Shown in pieces: positions 52,153 to 64,000 of a stretch of 64,000 bases of DNA. Under the pieces are notes generated by a model. That model was not told where the DNA came from and did not search any database. It saw only the letters and a program-made list of their open reading frames with translations. Position numbers and translations under genes: made by a program. The DNA is from Vicugna vicugna. Its lineage: Eukaryota. The stretch lies in contig MU058009.1 of assembly GCA_013265495.1 (NCBI GenBank), positions 2,048,001-2,112,000 of the forward strand. Direction: 5' to 3'. Numbering within the stretch: the first letter of the stretch is position 1; each line of letters opens with the position of its first letter.

Positions 52153-52230
52153 TAGGCTTAACCATATGAAACTGCCAGTTTTCAATCCTTTTTAACCAAT
52201 AAAATTAACAGTTTCATACAATTCAACCTA
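52153..52230. mobile_element. MADE2-like mariner MITE (~80 bp)
   Basis: Terminal inverted repeats taggcttaaccatatgaaactg / cagtttcatacaattcaaccta with TA ends. Confidence 0.8.
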
Positions 52231-52841
52231 AAATATATCCCAGAACTCTCAGTAGTACATTAATTATCTTCAACAATTAATACCACTTGATCTATGTCAG
52301 AGAATTCCCACAATCTTCAGCCAGAGCAGGATGCACCATGAAATGGGGTGAACTTGGAGCTGTTTATGGAAGAGCTATTGAATATACTGGCAGAAGTTCA
52401 AAACCTGAGCTTTGCATATTAATCAATGGTTGCAATTGTGATTGTTCACAAAGCAACACTAAATAAAACATTCAGCTTTCAAAGGCTGAAACGATGAACA
52501 TCATCAGCTTCTCTGAATTTAATTCAGAGAACCAAAATCCATCCATCGGTCAAAAATAAATACCTAAGTATCACACATAAAATAATGATAATTAAAGAGC
52601 CAAAGATACCCATTTAAGGAGCATTTACAATGATTTTTTTTCTTTTATTCAAATTGCAATTTTTTTCTAGCTTGATGGGTAAAAGAAACCAGTCTCAGTA
52701 CCACACACAGTGGCCATGTATCAATCTGAAGAGCAAAAATTAAAATACACAGCTCTTCCAAAATTACTCCTTCCTCAAAACTATTCAGGAAGGAAAGTCC
52801 AGCTCCTCCACTGGTCCCCATTCCTCTTTAGAAAGCAGGCA

Positions 52842-53542
52842 TTAGACAGGAAATAACAAGAGTTGGCATGGATGTGGAGGAGAGGGAACCCTCACGCACT
52901 GTTGGTGGGAATGTAAACTGTCGCAGCCACTATATGGAGAACAGTATGGCAGTTCCTCAAAAAATAAAACTTCCAGCAATTCTACTTCTGGGTGTTTATC
53001 CGAAGAAAACACAAATAACTCAAAAAGATATATGTACCCCTATGCTCACTGCAGCACTGTTTACAAGCTATAAAAGCAACCTAAGTGTCTATCCATAGAT
53101 GAATGGATAAAGAACACACACATACACACAATAGAATATTACTCATTCATTAAAAAGAATGAAATCTTGCCATTTGCAACAACATGAATGGAGACTGAGG
53201 GTATGATGCTAAGTGAAACAAGTCAAAGAGACAAATACTGTGTGATTTCACTTACATGTGGAATCTGAAAAACAAAACAAACAAACAAAAAGATCTGGTG
53301 GTCACCAGAGGAGAGAGGGGTCAGGGGATAAGCGAAATAGGTAAAGGTGATTCAGAGGTACAATCTTATAAAGTAAGTCACAAGGATGTAATGTATAGAA
53401 TGGGGACTATAGTTAATAACTTTGTATGGTGACAGATGGTAACTAGACTTATCATGGTGTTCATTTCATAATATATAAAAGTGTCAAATCACTGTGAAAC
53501 TAACATAATATTGTAAGTCAATTACACTTCAATTAACAAAAA
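52842..53542 (+). mobile_element. 5'-truncated L1 (ORF2 C-terminus + 3'UTR)
   Basis: ORF 52868..53098 DVEEREPSRTVGGNVN..DICTPMLTAALFT. Perfect 12-bp TSD agaaagcaggca (52830-52841 / 53543-53554). Confidence 0.88.
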
Positions 53543-53555
53543 AGAAAGCAGGCAA

Positions 53556-53677
53556 TAGTGAGGAATGTTAACTAGACTTATTGTCGTGACCATTTCACAA
53601 TACACACATACACTGAAACATTATATTCTACACCTGAAACTAATATGTTATATATCAATTATATCTCAATTAAAAAA
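53556..53677 (+). mobile_element. L1MA9/10-like 3' end fragment
   Basis: tgttaactagacttattg..gaccatttcacaat..tacacctgaaactaat..tatctcaattaaaaaa. Confidence 0.65.
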
Positions 53678-54899
53678 TGACTTTATAAAACTTTTTAAAT
53701 TCTTAACAATTCTGAAATTTCCTGCTTTCTTTTAGATATGCATTAAAAATCTAATTTTCTGGTCACACCACACAAATCAATATAAATTCAACATTTAAAC
53801 TCTTTTATTTATAAAGCTACTGAAAATTAAATCAATGGAATTGTTTTGGAGAAGCATTTTCTAAGGGTTTATCTTAATAATAAACTTCATTCTCAACATG
53901 ATACTTCACATAGATTATTATTAATAGAGAAAAAGGTCCCAAACTTCCTTTACTCTTACTTCCTCATTAAAATCAGTGTAATTTTCTAGAGAAAGTATAG
54001 TCAAATGGAGCTCTAATCTCATTTATTCCTTTTCATCATTCATGTACACTTTTTGCAATCTAATAATGTACTATTTATTGAGTTTAATGATTTTTTAAAT
54101 AGAATTATAGTATTTACCTTCAAAAAAACTGACACATAAAAAAATTGAGTACCAACATAATAAGATGCTAAAACATATGCTATAAATGGTAATTTCCGTA
54201 GACAAATCAATGTGAACCTCAGCAAAGAGAATTCAGAACTTTCTATGTATATAGCATGTGACATTTTAATACAGAGGAAACAAACCACTATATAGCAAGT
54301 ATCACCTTTCTTTCCATTCAATAAATTCAATGTAGACTTACTGCAAGTTATCAAAATATAGGTAAAACTGTGAAAGATGTTTAAATGGACAAAAGAGATT
54401 ACTGAATATCCTTTCAATGGAGTGCTGGCACCTCCAGGGACTACTTGATTCAATAGGGGTGTGGGGCTTCTTTGTCTTTGACTGGACTAGTTCACATCTC
54501 CATGGAGTAGAAGTTTGCAATGTAATGTTATGCTAATAGAAAAACAGCAATAGAAGAATCTAAAGAATTCTAAAAAGGCCTTCTAAGCAATGAATATGCT
54601 CAATTAAAATAATATGTGCATAAACTGGTGTCACTATTTGGCAGTACCTGAGTGAAAAAGCATTTTTAAACAAGGAATATGTAAAATCTCACTACAAATC
54701 TGCTTTGACAGATGAACACTTGCTTTCTATTTTGATAAGCAACACTTAATTACAATTAAGTAAAATGTTATCCTCCAACAGAATGAATTTTACTGTTCTT
54801 ATTAATAGATCTGAATTTTTAAAAGCTATAACAGATTAAACGGATATCTCAAGCTTATGTGGTAAAACTACACTACATAGTAATTTTCCACCTAACTCC

Positions 54900-55560
54900 C
54901 AACAAAAACTGCTTTTCCAGTATCTCAGTAAATGTTAACTATATTCTTCAGGTTGATCAAATCAAAAAACTTGAAGTCATTCTTGACGTCTCTTTATGTC
55001 ACTCTCTATGTACCATTCATCAGCAAAAACAGTTGGCTTTATCTATAAACCAGAATCTAACCATTGTTTACCACATCTAACACATCCTGGTTCAAGCTAC
55101 CATCACTGTTCATTTTTTATAATAACCTTCTAACTGGTCTCCTATTTCCTCTTCTGCTTCCCTTGTTAGCCTCTTCACAAGCAACCAGAGACTCTCTCTA
55201 AAATTTTAAACCAGATCATGTCACTTCTTGGCCAAAAAAACTCTAATGGTTTCCCAGCTCACTCAGCATAAAAAACCAAAATCCTTTTAATAAACTAAGA
55301 GAAACCACTTCTCTGACTTCACCTCCTACTTCTACCCAGCTCAATTTCAGCCACAGGTCCTATTTGTGTTTCTTCCAACTTGCTGTTTAATTCTATGCCA
55401 CAGCCTTTAACTTGTTCTTCCATTGCCTGAAATGTTCTGTTCCCAGATAAATACACTCCCTCACCTCCTTCAGGTGTCTGCACAGTCCTCAACTTCTTCC
55501 AGAGGCCATCTGCGACCATCTTGCATAACTAGCAACCATCCTTTCACAATCTAACCCACC
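54900..55560 (+). mobile_element. L2 fragment
   Basis: aaaacttgaagtcattcttgac, ccttctaactggtctcc, cagatcatgtcactt and gcctgaaatgttct motifs. Confidence 0.7.
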
Positions 55561-55649
55561 ACTTTGTAACCCACCACCTCTGCACTAATCTCCCACAATG
55601 GCACATACCACCAAGTGACAGTATATACATATGCATAAAACTGACTTAC

Positions 55650-55758
55650 CATTGCACTAAGTGTCTCTTCCCAATCAGGCCGCTCTCGAGGGTGAACGTT
55701 TCTGTGTAGTTCTGGAACAAAATCATCCTCTTCAGAATGTACCGAGGACTTCATCTTC
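55650..55758 (-). CDS. ARHGAP32: ARHGAP32 coding exon (approx. coding exon 2 of long PX-RICS isoform), 109 nt: (R)KMKSSVHSEEDDFVPELHRNVHPRERPDWEETLSAM
   Basis: Peptide visible in ORF 55551..55769 and matches the remembered PX-RICS N-terminus. Acceptor tttgatctctag|GAAG, donor ATG|gtaagt. Confidence 0.96.
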
Positions 55759-55829
55759 CTAGAGATCAAACATCAGAGAGTATGATCAGTATTCCCATTT
55801 CTAGAAGAGCTTTCCAATGACCACAATTC

Positions 55830-57455
55830 AAAGAAATGGTGCGCTCACTGTAGAGCACAGTCTGGCAGTTTCTCAAAATGTTAAACAGAATTCAACAATT
55901 CTACTCCTAGGTATTTAACCAAGAGAAATAAAACATATGCCCACCAAGAAATTATACATGAATATGCATACCAATATTATTCATAATAGCCAAAAAGTAG
56001 AAACAACCATCAACTGAAAAATGAACCAAAAAATGTAGCAGATCCATACAATAAAATATTACTCAGTCATTAAAAAAAAAAAGAATGAAGTGCTTCATGC
56101 TACCACATGGATGAACATAATGTAATGAACATAATGTAAAAACATTATGCTAAATGAAAGAAGTCAGACACAAGAAGTCAGATTCCATATATACAAAGTG
56201 TCCAGAATAGTCAAATTCACAGAGACAGAAATTATACTGGTGGTTGCCAGGGGCTTGGGAGAGGAGCACACAGAGTTACTGCCATTGAGTAAGAGATTTC
56301 TTTCTGAAATATTCAAGAATTAGATAGTGGTGGTGGCTGTACAAGTTTGAGAGTATACTAAAAACCACTTATTGTACACTTCAAAGGAGTGAATTTTATG
56401 GTATATAAATTATATCTTAGCCAAAACGAAATAGACTAAAAATTCCAATTAAAATATATAAAGGGGGATATTTCATGATGATAAAAGTGGCAAATCAACA
56501 GAGTAAAATAACAATAAAACCCACATGCAACAAATAACACAGCTTCAAAATACATAAAGCAAAGCCTGAAAGGCCAAAAAGGAAAATAGGTAAGTCCACA
56601 ATTACAATTGTAGATTTTAACAAACATTTCTCAGTAGCTGGCAGAATAAGCAAATTTAAAAATCCCACGTAAACAGGTGATCTGAACAACACAATTTTCC
56701 AGTCTGAGCTAGAACATTAAACCCAACAACTACAGAATGTATATTCTTTTCAAGTGTATATGAAACATTTTCCAAGAGACCATGATAGACCATGAAGCAA
56801 GTCTCAACAAATACAAAAAATTTAAATCATGGACAAAGTATTTTGTGACCACCACAGAATTACACTAAAAGTCAATTAATGAAAGGTAACTAAAAATTCT
56901 CCCAAATGTTTGGAAATTTTAAAACACAATTCTGAACAACTCATGAATCAAATTCACAAAATCACAATGAAAATTGGAAAATACTTAGATCTGAATAACA
57001 AAAATACAGCACATTAAAATGTGTGGGTTACAACTGAATCAGTAAAATTCAGACCCCCTAAATGTATATTACTGGAAATAAGACAAGTTGGAAAATAAAT
57101 TATCTAATCTTCCATCACAAAAATCTAGAGAAAGAATAGAAAATTAATCCAAGTAAAGAAAGAAAATAAATTTAATAAAGAAATCAATGAAATAGAAAGA
57201 TGTATAACACAGAAAATCAAAGCCAAAAGTTGGTTCTTTGGAAGATTAATAAAATGAGAAACCACCAAGAAGTCAGAATGGTTACCTCTGGGAGAGGTGC
57301 TAACTAGGAGGGCAAGGGTCTTGTAAGGGGCTGAGAATAATTTATATCTTGATTGTGCTGTGATTATATGAATGTATACATTTATATAAATTCTTCAAGC
57401 TATATTCTTATGATTTATAGACTTTATATACAAATTACACTTGAATAAAAGTATA
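55830..57455 (+). mobile_element. Cluster of L1 relics: L1MB/ME-like 3' end (~55830-56425), ORF2 endonuclease region (~56455-57255), 3'UTR fragment (~57260-57455)
   Basis: caattctactcctaggtatt, gcttcaaaatacataaagcaa, atattcttttcaagtg and agttggttctttggaagattaataaaat motifs. Confidence 0.7.
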
Positions 57456-58699
57456 AAATAAATATTTATTGGCAAATGTTCTACAAAAGTATAAAAATTA
57501 TGTTTATATACATTTTGTGTCATGTACCAATGAATCAACTCCATAAAAACTTAATATCCATTATTTAATTGACTATTTTGTTCCATATTTTTAAAATCAT
57601 GGACAAATTTTACCCTCAAAATGATTATAGTTTCATTTCTAACAGGAAAAACACAGTGTTAAGATTACCAACCATAAAACTGGAAGAATCTAATGCTCTA
57701 CTTACAAGAGTTTTCTGTTAAACATCTGCAGACTTGAACCTGGATATTTTCAATCGAAAGGAAAAAGTGAAAACAACACTTTCTTCTAATTGTGGGAACT
57801 AGCCTTACCATCTTGCTGCTCTGCTTAGTAAAAAATTATTTGAATCTTTGACACACCTTCTATTTTGTGAGATTCTTGTTCATAATGCAAAATATTATAC
57901 TTGACAGAGTTAAAATTTCAGAGAAGTTCAAGTGACACCCTGCCTGAGAAGTGTATCCAAGGCACTGCTTACTCCTGGGCACATCTTTTCTTGATCCCTG
58001 GAGTAAATTCCAAGCAGCAACAGAACTTTACCTTTTCCTTTTTATTCTCCCAGTCTTTGTTTATTTCTGGTTCTTTGCCCAGCTGGGTCCTGGTTCTGTG
58101 ACATTTGTCCCCATTGGTATGGGAAATGACTGGGAGGTGTTCTTATGGTCTGACCACGTGGTGGTATGTGACAGATAAAGAGACACGCATCTATTCTGTC
58201 AGAGACAACAAAGAATTTGGTTTGTTAGTCAATTTATGCCTATCTGTTTGTGAAAGAATATATTTAAATTTCACTGAAAAGAACAGCTGACATATACCTG
58301 ATGTGGTGAGTTTGGTGTTCTCTGTTTAAGCCGTAAAACTGAAGCTACAAGGTATCTGTGTGTGTCTGTGATAAAAGTCATTACCTGTCACCATAGGGAG
58401 TGATATATTTTCCTACCTTCAGGAAGGATATTAAAGTATATCCTACTGAGGATATTAAAAACTAGATTATAAAGCCCCTTAAAATATAGGAGTTCTGTTC
58501 TGGTTGGTTTATAGGGACTATTAAGTGCTTACGTAAATCTAATATTCCTAGAATTCTTCGAAAATAAACAAACTGAAATTCTAACATTACTGGGGTCACC
58601 TGTGCTGGCTATGAAAACAGAATAGAGGTATCCTGGAGGAAATGAAATTGAGTTTTGGTTCCTCCCAAATGAAATGCCTGATACACTCTAATTCTTAGC

Positions 58700-60205
58700 G
58701 GGTATTATAATTTCGTCATGCAAAATCCGAAAAAGTATAAAAAGGTATACAATGAAGAATCTCCCTCCCATCCTTGTCTCCATCTGCCTAACGCTCACCC
58801 ATTAAACATTTCGCTTTATATATTCTTCTAGATTTTATGAATATATATATACACTCACATGTATAATTTTTCATAGATACTAAAGAATATATCTATCAAA
58901 AGCAAAGTATAAAAGCAGTGTGTAAATATACTACTCTTTGTGTAGGAAACGGAGAGAAGAGTTTTACTCCTCCAGTTCCACCCCATGTTTTACATAGGAA
59001 GTGCCATGGTTACACACTGTTGTGTAGTTCTCTAATACTTCCTGGAGAACTTCCCATATCAGTATATAAAGAGCTTCTTCACTGTTTTTACAACTATGTA
59101 ATAATCCTCCGTGTGGATATTCCATAATTTATTTAACCAATTCCCTATTAATGAATTCTTGAATTATCTCCAACCTTTTGCCATTACAAACAATGCTACA
59201 AGGTTGTGAGTATGTCATTTCTACACATGTCCACGTACATCTGAAAGGCAAACACTCAACAATGTGAAATATTCTTTCCATACAGCAGCCCATTTTTTCT
59301 GTTGGGTTGTTGGTCTTTTTCTTTTCTACTTTTAGTTATTTATTTATTAAAGAGATTAGGCCTTCATTTGTAGTATGAATTCCAAGTACTTTCCCCAGGC
59401 TGTCATTTGTCCTTGCTTTGTTTTCTATAATGCAGATGTTTCGAACTTTATGCAGTTGAATTTCACAACCCCTTCCTTTATGAGTTTTGCATTTTCATAG
59501 TTTCAAAATGCCTTTCCTGATCCAAAACATTTTTTTTAATATTCCCATGTTTTCCTTTAAATTTTTCATGGTTTCATTTAATACATTTTATCTTTGATCA
59601 TTTGGAATTCATCCTTGGTATGAGGTGGGTATCTAATTTTCTTTATTTTCCACAGATGTGTATCCAGTTTCCCCCAAAGTATTTACTGAACAGAACGCAG
59701 TGTCCCCGTTGGCTGTTAAGAAGCCATCTTTATCGTAGCTTCTTATGCATTAGGGTATATGTCGAGGCTTTCCATTTTACCCCATTCTGCCTTCTATTTA
59801 TACCAATACCACAAGGTTTTAATTATTGAGACGTTATAGTATAATGTCTAGTTGCACTAATCCTCTATCCAACATCTTTGCTTTTTTCTTTTCGCCAAAG
59901 TTTCTTGGCTAAATTATTTAGCCAGGGTCAGTTTATTTCAAGATCACTTTATCTAGGTTTTTTAAAAGCATTCTTATTATCCCATTAAATTTATAATAAA
60001 CTGACATCTCTATGATGTTGAATATTCTGTTATGAACAAGGTATATCTTTTCATTTGTTCCAAACATCTTTTTTGCCCTTCAATAGCTTAAATTTTCTTT
60101 ATATAAGTCTTAGAATTCCTTATTAAGTTTATTTCTGAGTATTTTATCTTTTTCACTGCTGTTAAAAGGGGCTCCTTTTCTTCATTTTCTAACTGGTTAC
60201 TGTTT
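58700..60205 (-). mobile_element. Old L1ME-like relic
   Basis: Antisense motifs ataatttatttaaccaattccctatt, catttggaattcat and ataccaataccaca. Confidence 0.6.
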
Positions 60206-61262
60206 GATGCACTATTATTAGCCCTGTTTTGCAGACAGTAAAACTGAAATGCATTAATACATCTCAGTCACTCCAGATATGACAGACCATTTTCTCCTGG
60301 AAGATCCCACTTTCCAGCCTTAAGAGGACACTGAAACAAGCCAGTCTATTCTCTAGAGCCCACTAGACAGGATGAAAGACATCAATATTCTGCCTCACTG
60401 AATGCTCCCTTCAGAAGTTTCCTCTCAAAAGCCATGAAAAAAACTACCAGTGGACTTCCAATTCAAGACTGCGTACATGTTGAAAAACAGAGTTCTCCTT
60501 CTCCAAGTCTCTGAAAAGGCAGGAAACCAAATAAAAGGAAATAAATCCTTAACAGAATAATATAGGTGAAACCAGCAGGCCAGAAATCTTGATCAACTTC
60601 TGGAAGACGAAAACCAAGTGAGCTCACGCAGACTGGGAAACCATCAGAGAAAAACAGAGGTTCAAGGAGGCTACACTCCCACTTCTCACCACAACAAAGG
60701 AGGTACTTGCCCCCAAGGAATTAATAAAAACTGAAAAATTGCTCTGTAAATAAATTTAACAATCAATTAGAAGGACGAGAGTTCCTCACCTGGGTGTCTG
60801 CACCTAAGAGAAGCCAGGCAGAAGCCATACACATCACAGCACAGCGAGAGAAAACACAGGCGGGGAGGAGGGAAAGATGGGCGGCAGGAAGCCCAGCAGG
60901 TGAAGGCTTAAATCCTGTTCAGTCAGAACAGACAGAACTTGTACACTGAATGAATCAAGCTGCAAAACGGAAGAAAGACAATAACCTAAATTCATTATTA
61001 TTTAAATAGTATATGTCTGTATATATGTTATATCTGTATGTGGAGAAGAATGCTAAAAATTATTCTCTACTCAAACTGAATCTGAAAGATTCAAGAAAAA
61101 GTTGAAATAAGTAGCCAGAAGAACAAGTACAAGAAATACCTCAACTCACAAAATCAAAATGTAAAGATAAATACATCCTGAAAGGACAGATTAAGGAGAC
61201 CAAGTATGCGATAAATAGATTCCACAAAGAGAAAATTATTACAGACAGAAGAGGTAATAAAT

Positions 61263-61366
61263 GGGGGGAGGGGTATAGCGCAGTGGTCAAGCACATGCTT
61301 AATTAGTTAGCATGCATGAGGTCCTGGGTTCAGTCCCCAGTATCTCCATTTTAAAAGAGAAAAAAA
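61263..61366 (+). mobile_element. tRNA-derived SINE, Vic-1-like
   Basis: ggggagggtatagcgcagtgg...ggttcagtcccc with A-rich tail. 16-bp imperfect TSD agaagaggtaataaat (61247-61262) / agaagagctagtaaat (61367-61382). Confidence 0.87.
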
Positions 61367-63714
61367 AGAAGAGCTAGTAAATTAATAATAGAAAACAATA
61401 AAAAATCTTTCCTAACATGAAGACTTGAATCTGTAGACTGAAAGTCGCTGAGCTCCAGCTGAAGATCTGATGACAAAATACACATAACTAAGTATAAAAA
61501 GAAAATCATACAAGCATTCAGAAAGAACAAATTACCTACAAAGAAAAGGAAAAAATAGCATTGAGTATTTGCAAGAAATCAAAGTATATCATTCATAGAA
61601 CTTGTCTGAACAAACTACTCAAGAAAATATCAGCCAAATAACAAATGAACTGGAACAGACACATTAAAATGGGAAACAGTAAAAGGGAGAAGAAACAGCG
61701 ATACAGATAAATGAATCTGATTGAATGGCAAAAAATATTAAACCATTTTAGCAAAACACCAGGTTTGGGGAGTGAGGACAGAATGGAGATAAATAAAAGT
61801 CTCAGAGAGAGAGGAGAGGACTGAGTGAAAGAAATATTCTAAAGATCTTATCCTAAAAGGAAGCGAAGTAGAGAAGAAAAGAGAGGGCCAAGTGAGAAAA
61901 AAATAGCACATCAAAGTGAAATAAATTATTTGATTTTCAAACTGTAACAGAAAATGCATATCTGAATATGAGGGCATGGAAAGAGAAGCTAATCCCTAAT
62001 GGAAAGGTTTTTAAAGTATAGCAGAACCTCTAAAATTAAATATCTAGAAAGTTTTGCTTGTTCTGACTGCAGTCTTCCTAAACTTGTCACTTTATGTATT
62101 GTTTTAAAAAGGAAATTGACTATACGATAAACAGAGCTTTAAGTGTTTCAGGGATTTTCATTTACTAAGTTTGAACATGCAACTGAATATTTATGGGGTT
62201 CAGTGCTGAAGTTGAAAGCAAAGGCTAAGGGAAAAGAGGTTTAAAATTTTTTAACTTTAAATAACCAGGAACTTTTATATAGTTTCATAAAGTGTTTGTG
62301 CTCTAAGGCCCTTCTTGTACATCAAAAAAACTCATACACACATATATAAAAAAGGCTCGCCTTGGATTCCATCCCAAGGAGTTTAATTATTGAAATACCA
62401 AGAAAGTCTTGTACCGGCATGCCTCATGGTTAAGACAGACTCACTTCACAGATTCTAAAGACAGCCTGATGGCTAGAGTTCAGTAATAAATAAAATTTTC
62501 TAAGATTAAGCAATGTTCACATCAGACTGCTGATTACAATTAAATTTTTTTTGTGACACTGGTAAGAGTACGTTGAGTAAAAGTTATATTTCATATTGAA
62601 GGAATATTTTAGGAACTAAACTATACTCCAGATCACACATCCAAGGTCACAGAGCAATAGAATTTTTTTTTTTTGCAAAATACACATCTTTTTTTGGTAT
62701 CATACATAACAGATTATTAAGGGTGTGATGACTATGAAAACTCACAGAGTATAAAACAGGCCTAAATGTGATATTGATATATATGTCAACAGTAAGTTGT
62801 TAATGCTACCTCTCTATCCTGGGAATCCTAAAATGAGGAATTTCTACAGAAGACAAAAGAACAGTCATGGTATTAAAAGTAGATAATTGTGAAACAGCCT
62901 GAAGGGCTTCCATAGGACTTCAGCCATCTAAAATAAAACATCTCAGATGGGGGGTGGGGGGAGAACCTAGAAGAAACACAGCACCATATTCCAAGCCCTT
63001 GCCACCTATTTGGACTGCGGCTGCAATGTCTTCTAAGTCACAGCGTCATTTCAAATGAGGCAGAGAATGAAAAGCAACCAACCAACCAATCAAATGCATG
63101 AACTGATATTATTAGTTCTGTGATCCATAAATAAAGACATTCCGAAAAAATTAAAATACGTTCACCAAATTATCTAGTTAAAGTCAGAAGTTTCTCTTCT
63201 TGCTTAAAATTAACTGTCTTATAATGGAGATACAAAATTAGAGTTAATTAAGAGATCTGAGCAGCTGTAGACTGATTTCAAAGGTACACAACTCCTAAAA
63301 GTGGGGTTCAGTTATGCACTATATCATCTCTGTAACTGTTTCAAACTATATGTCATACTTGCCAGGCTATGTATCTGTCAATAATGCGCATTAGAGAACA
63401 CTAAACAAATCTATACGACAAACATTTCTACCCTCACATGCCAAAGAACTAGAACCTTTCATCACCGTGAGTCAGTACTGAGTCCCAGGTGTTCCAGAGG
63501 CCGAGTCTTTAAAAGGCCACATTAGTGCAAGCACTACTTCGCTGTTACGTTGGCCGCATCACCTACACGTCACTGGTACTCAAAGACTCCTCAAAGGAGG
63601 CACTTCCGAAATGAGAGATAAGCTGTAGCCTCTTAAGTAATTACTTACCAGAAAATAACATTTACCAGCTGATATATCAAAATATTTTTACAAAACTAAA
63701 AGTCTTTCAGTTTC

Positions 63715-63900
63715 AACATCAGTTGCACCTGGGTTCCAGATTATGCTCTGCCACATACTGACGACATAGTCTCTGTGGCTTTAATTTCCTCATCTGGAAA
63801 ATGGGAAGCAGTAACACCTACTCTACAGGATTAATACGCATATAACTGATACACCGTATACGACATACGTGGCTCACAGTACACTGCATACAGCTCCTAA
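63715..63900 (+). mobile_element. MIR SINE
   Basis: cctgggttcc..gctctgccac, tttcctcatctggaaaatggga core. Confidence 0.65.
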
Positions 63901-64000
63901 ACGAGTTTTTCTTTCTTAAAAGAACAAACCATTTCCGTTTTTCCTTTTCTGCCTCATATTCCCCCTTCGCATTTACAGAAGGGCTCTTCTAACGATTCCT

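Noticed and set aside
56111..56138. 14-bp tandem duplication atgaacataatgta x2
   Set aside because: An ordinary slippage duplication inside an L1 relic.
57780..58560. Possible ERV1-type internal/LTR relic
   Set aside because: Only a vague resemblance; no termini or family could be supported without a repeat search.
1..64000. Most 60-143 aa ORFs in the supplied track as independent genes
   Set aside because: They are short, often start at non-ATG codons and overlap repeats or microsatellites. Only those containing ARHGAP32 exons or L1/ERVL relics resemble known proteins.
1..64000. Prokaryote-type novel system (CRISPR array, operon, defence island)
   Set aside because: The sequence is mammalian intron/exon DNA with no regularly spaced repeat-spacer array or gene-dense block.
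55759..64000. ARHGAP32 first coding exon (METES...) or main promoter
   Set aside because: No matching peptide or CpG island was found; it presumably lies beyond the window end.

Overview
Mammalian genomic DNA, AT-rich and repeat-dense. It is probably from a camelid, judged by three tRNA-derived SINEs that match my recollection of the camelid Vic-1 family. The whole window lies inside ARHGAP32 (PX-RICS/RICS/p250GAP, a Cdc42/Rac GAP), transcribed on the minus strand. Nine internal coding exons with canonical GT-AG sites were located by hand: 55650-55758, 42131-42222, 41549-41590, 41096-41180, 22271-22357, 16006-16143, 13908-14000, 12960-13082 and 11347-11424. They splice into one open frame of 847 nt covering the N-terminal region, the PX domain and most of the SH3 domain. 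The first coding exon and the next downstream exon (VGLFPG...) were not found in the window. The rest is intron filled with L1, L2, MIR, MLT/ERVL, hAT and mariner relics; their boundaries and subfamilies are by-eye estimates. I found no convincing new biological system. The best leads are a CpG-rich candidate internal promoter/first exon at about 31.4-31.8 kb that would splice in frame as MWKE-LSLSEEQ, a 42-nt cassette exon, a second candidate non-coding exon near 1.66 kb, co-oriented CTCF-like motifs and several rearranged or nested L1 insertions.
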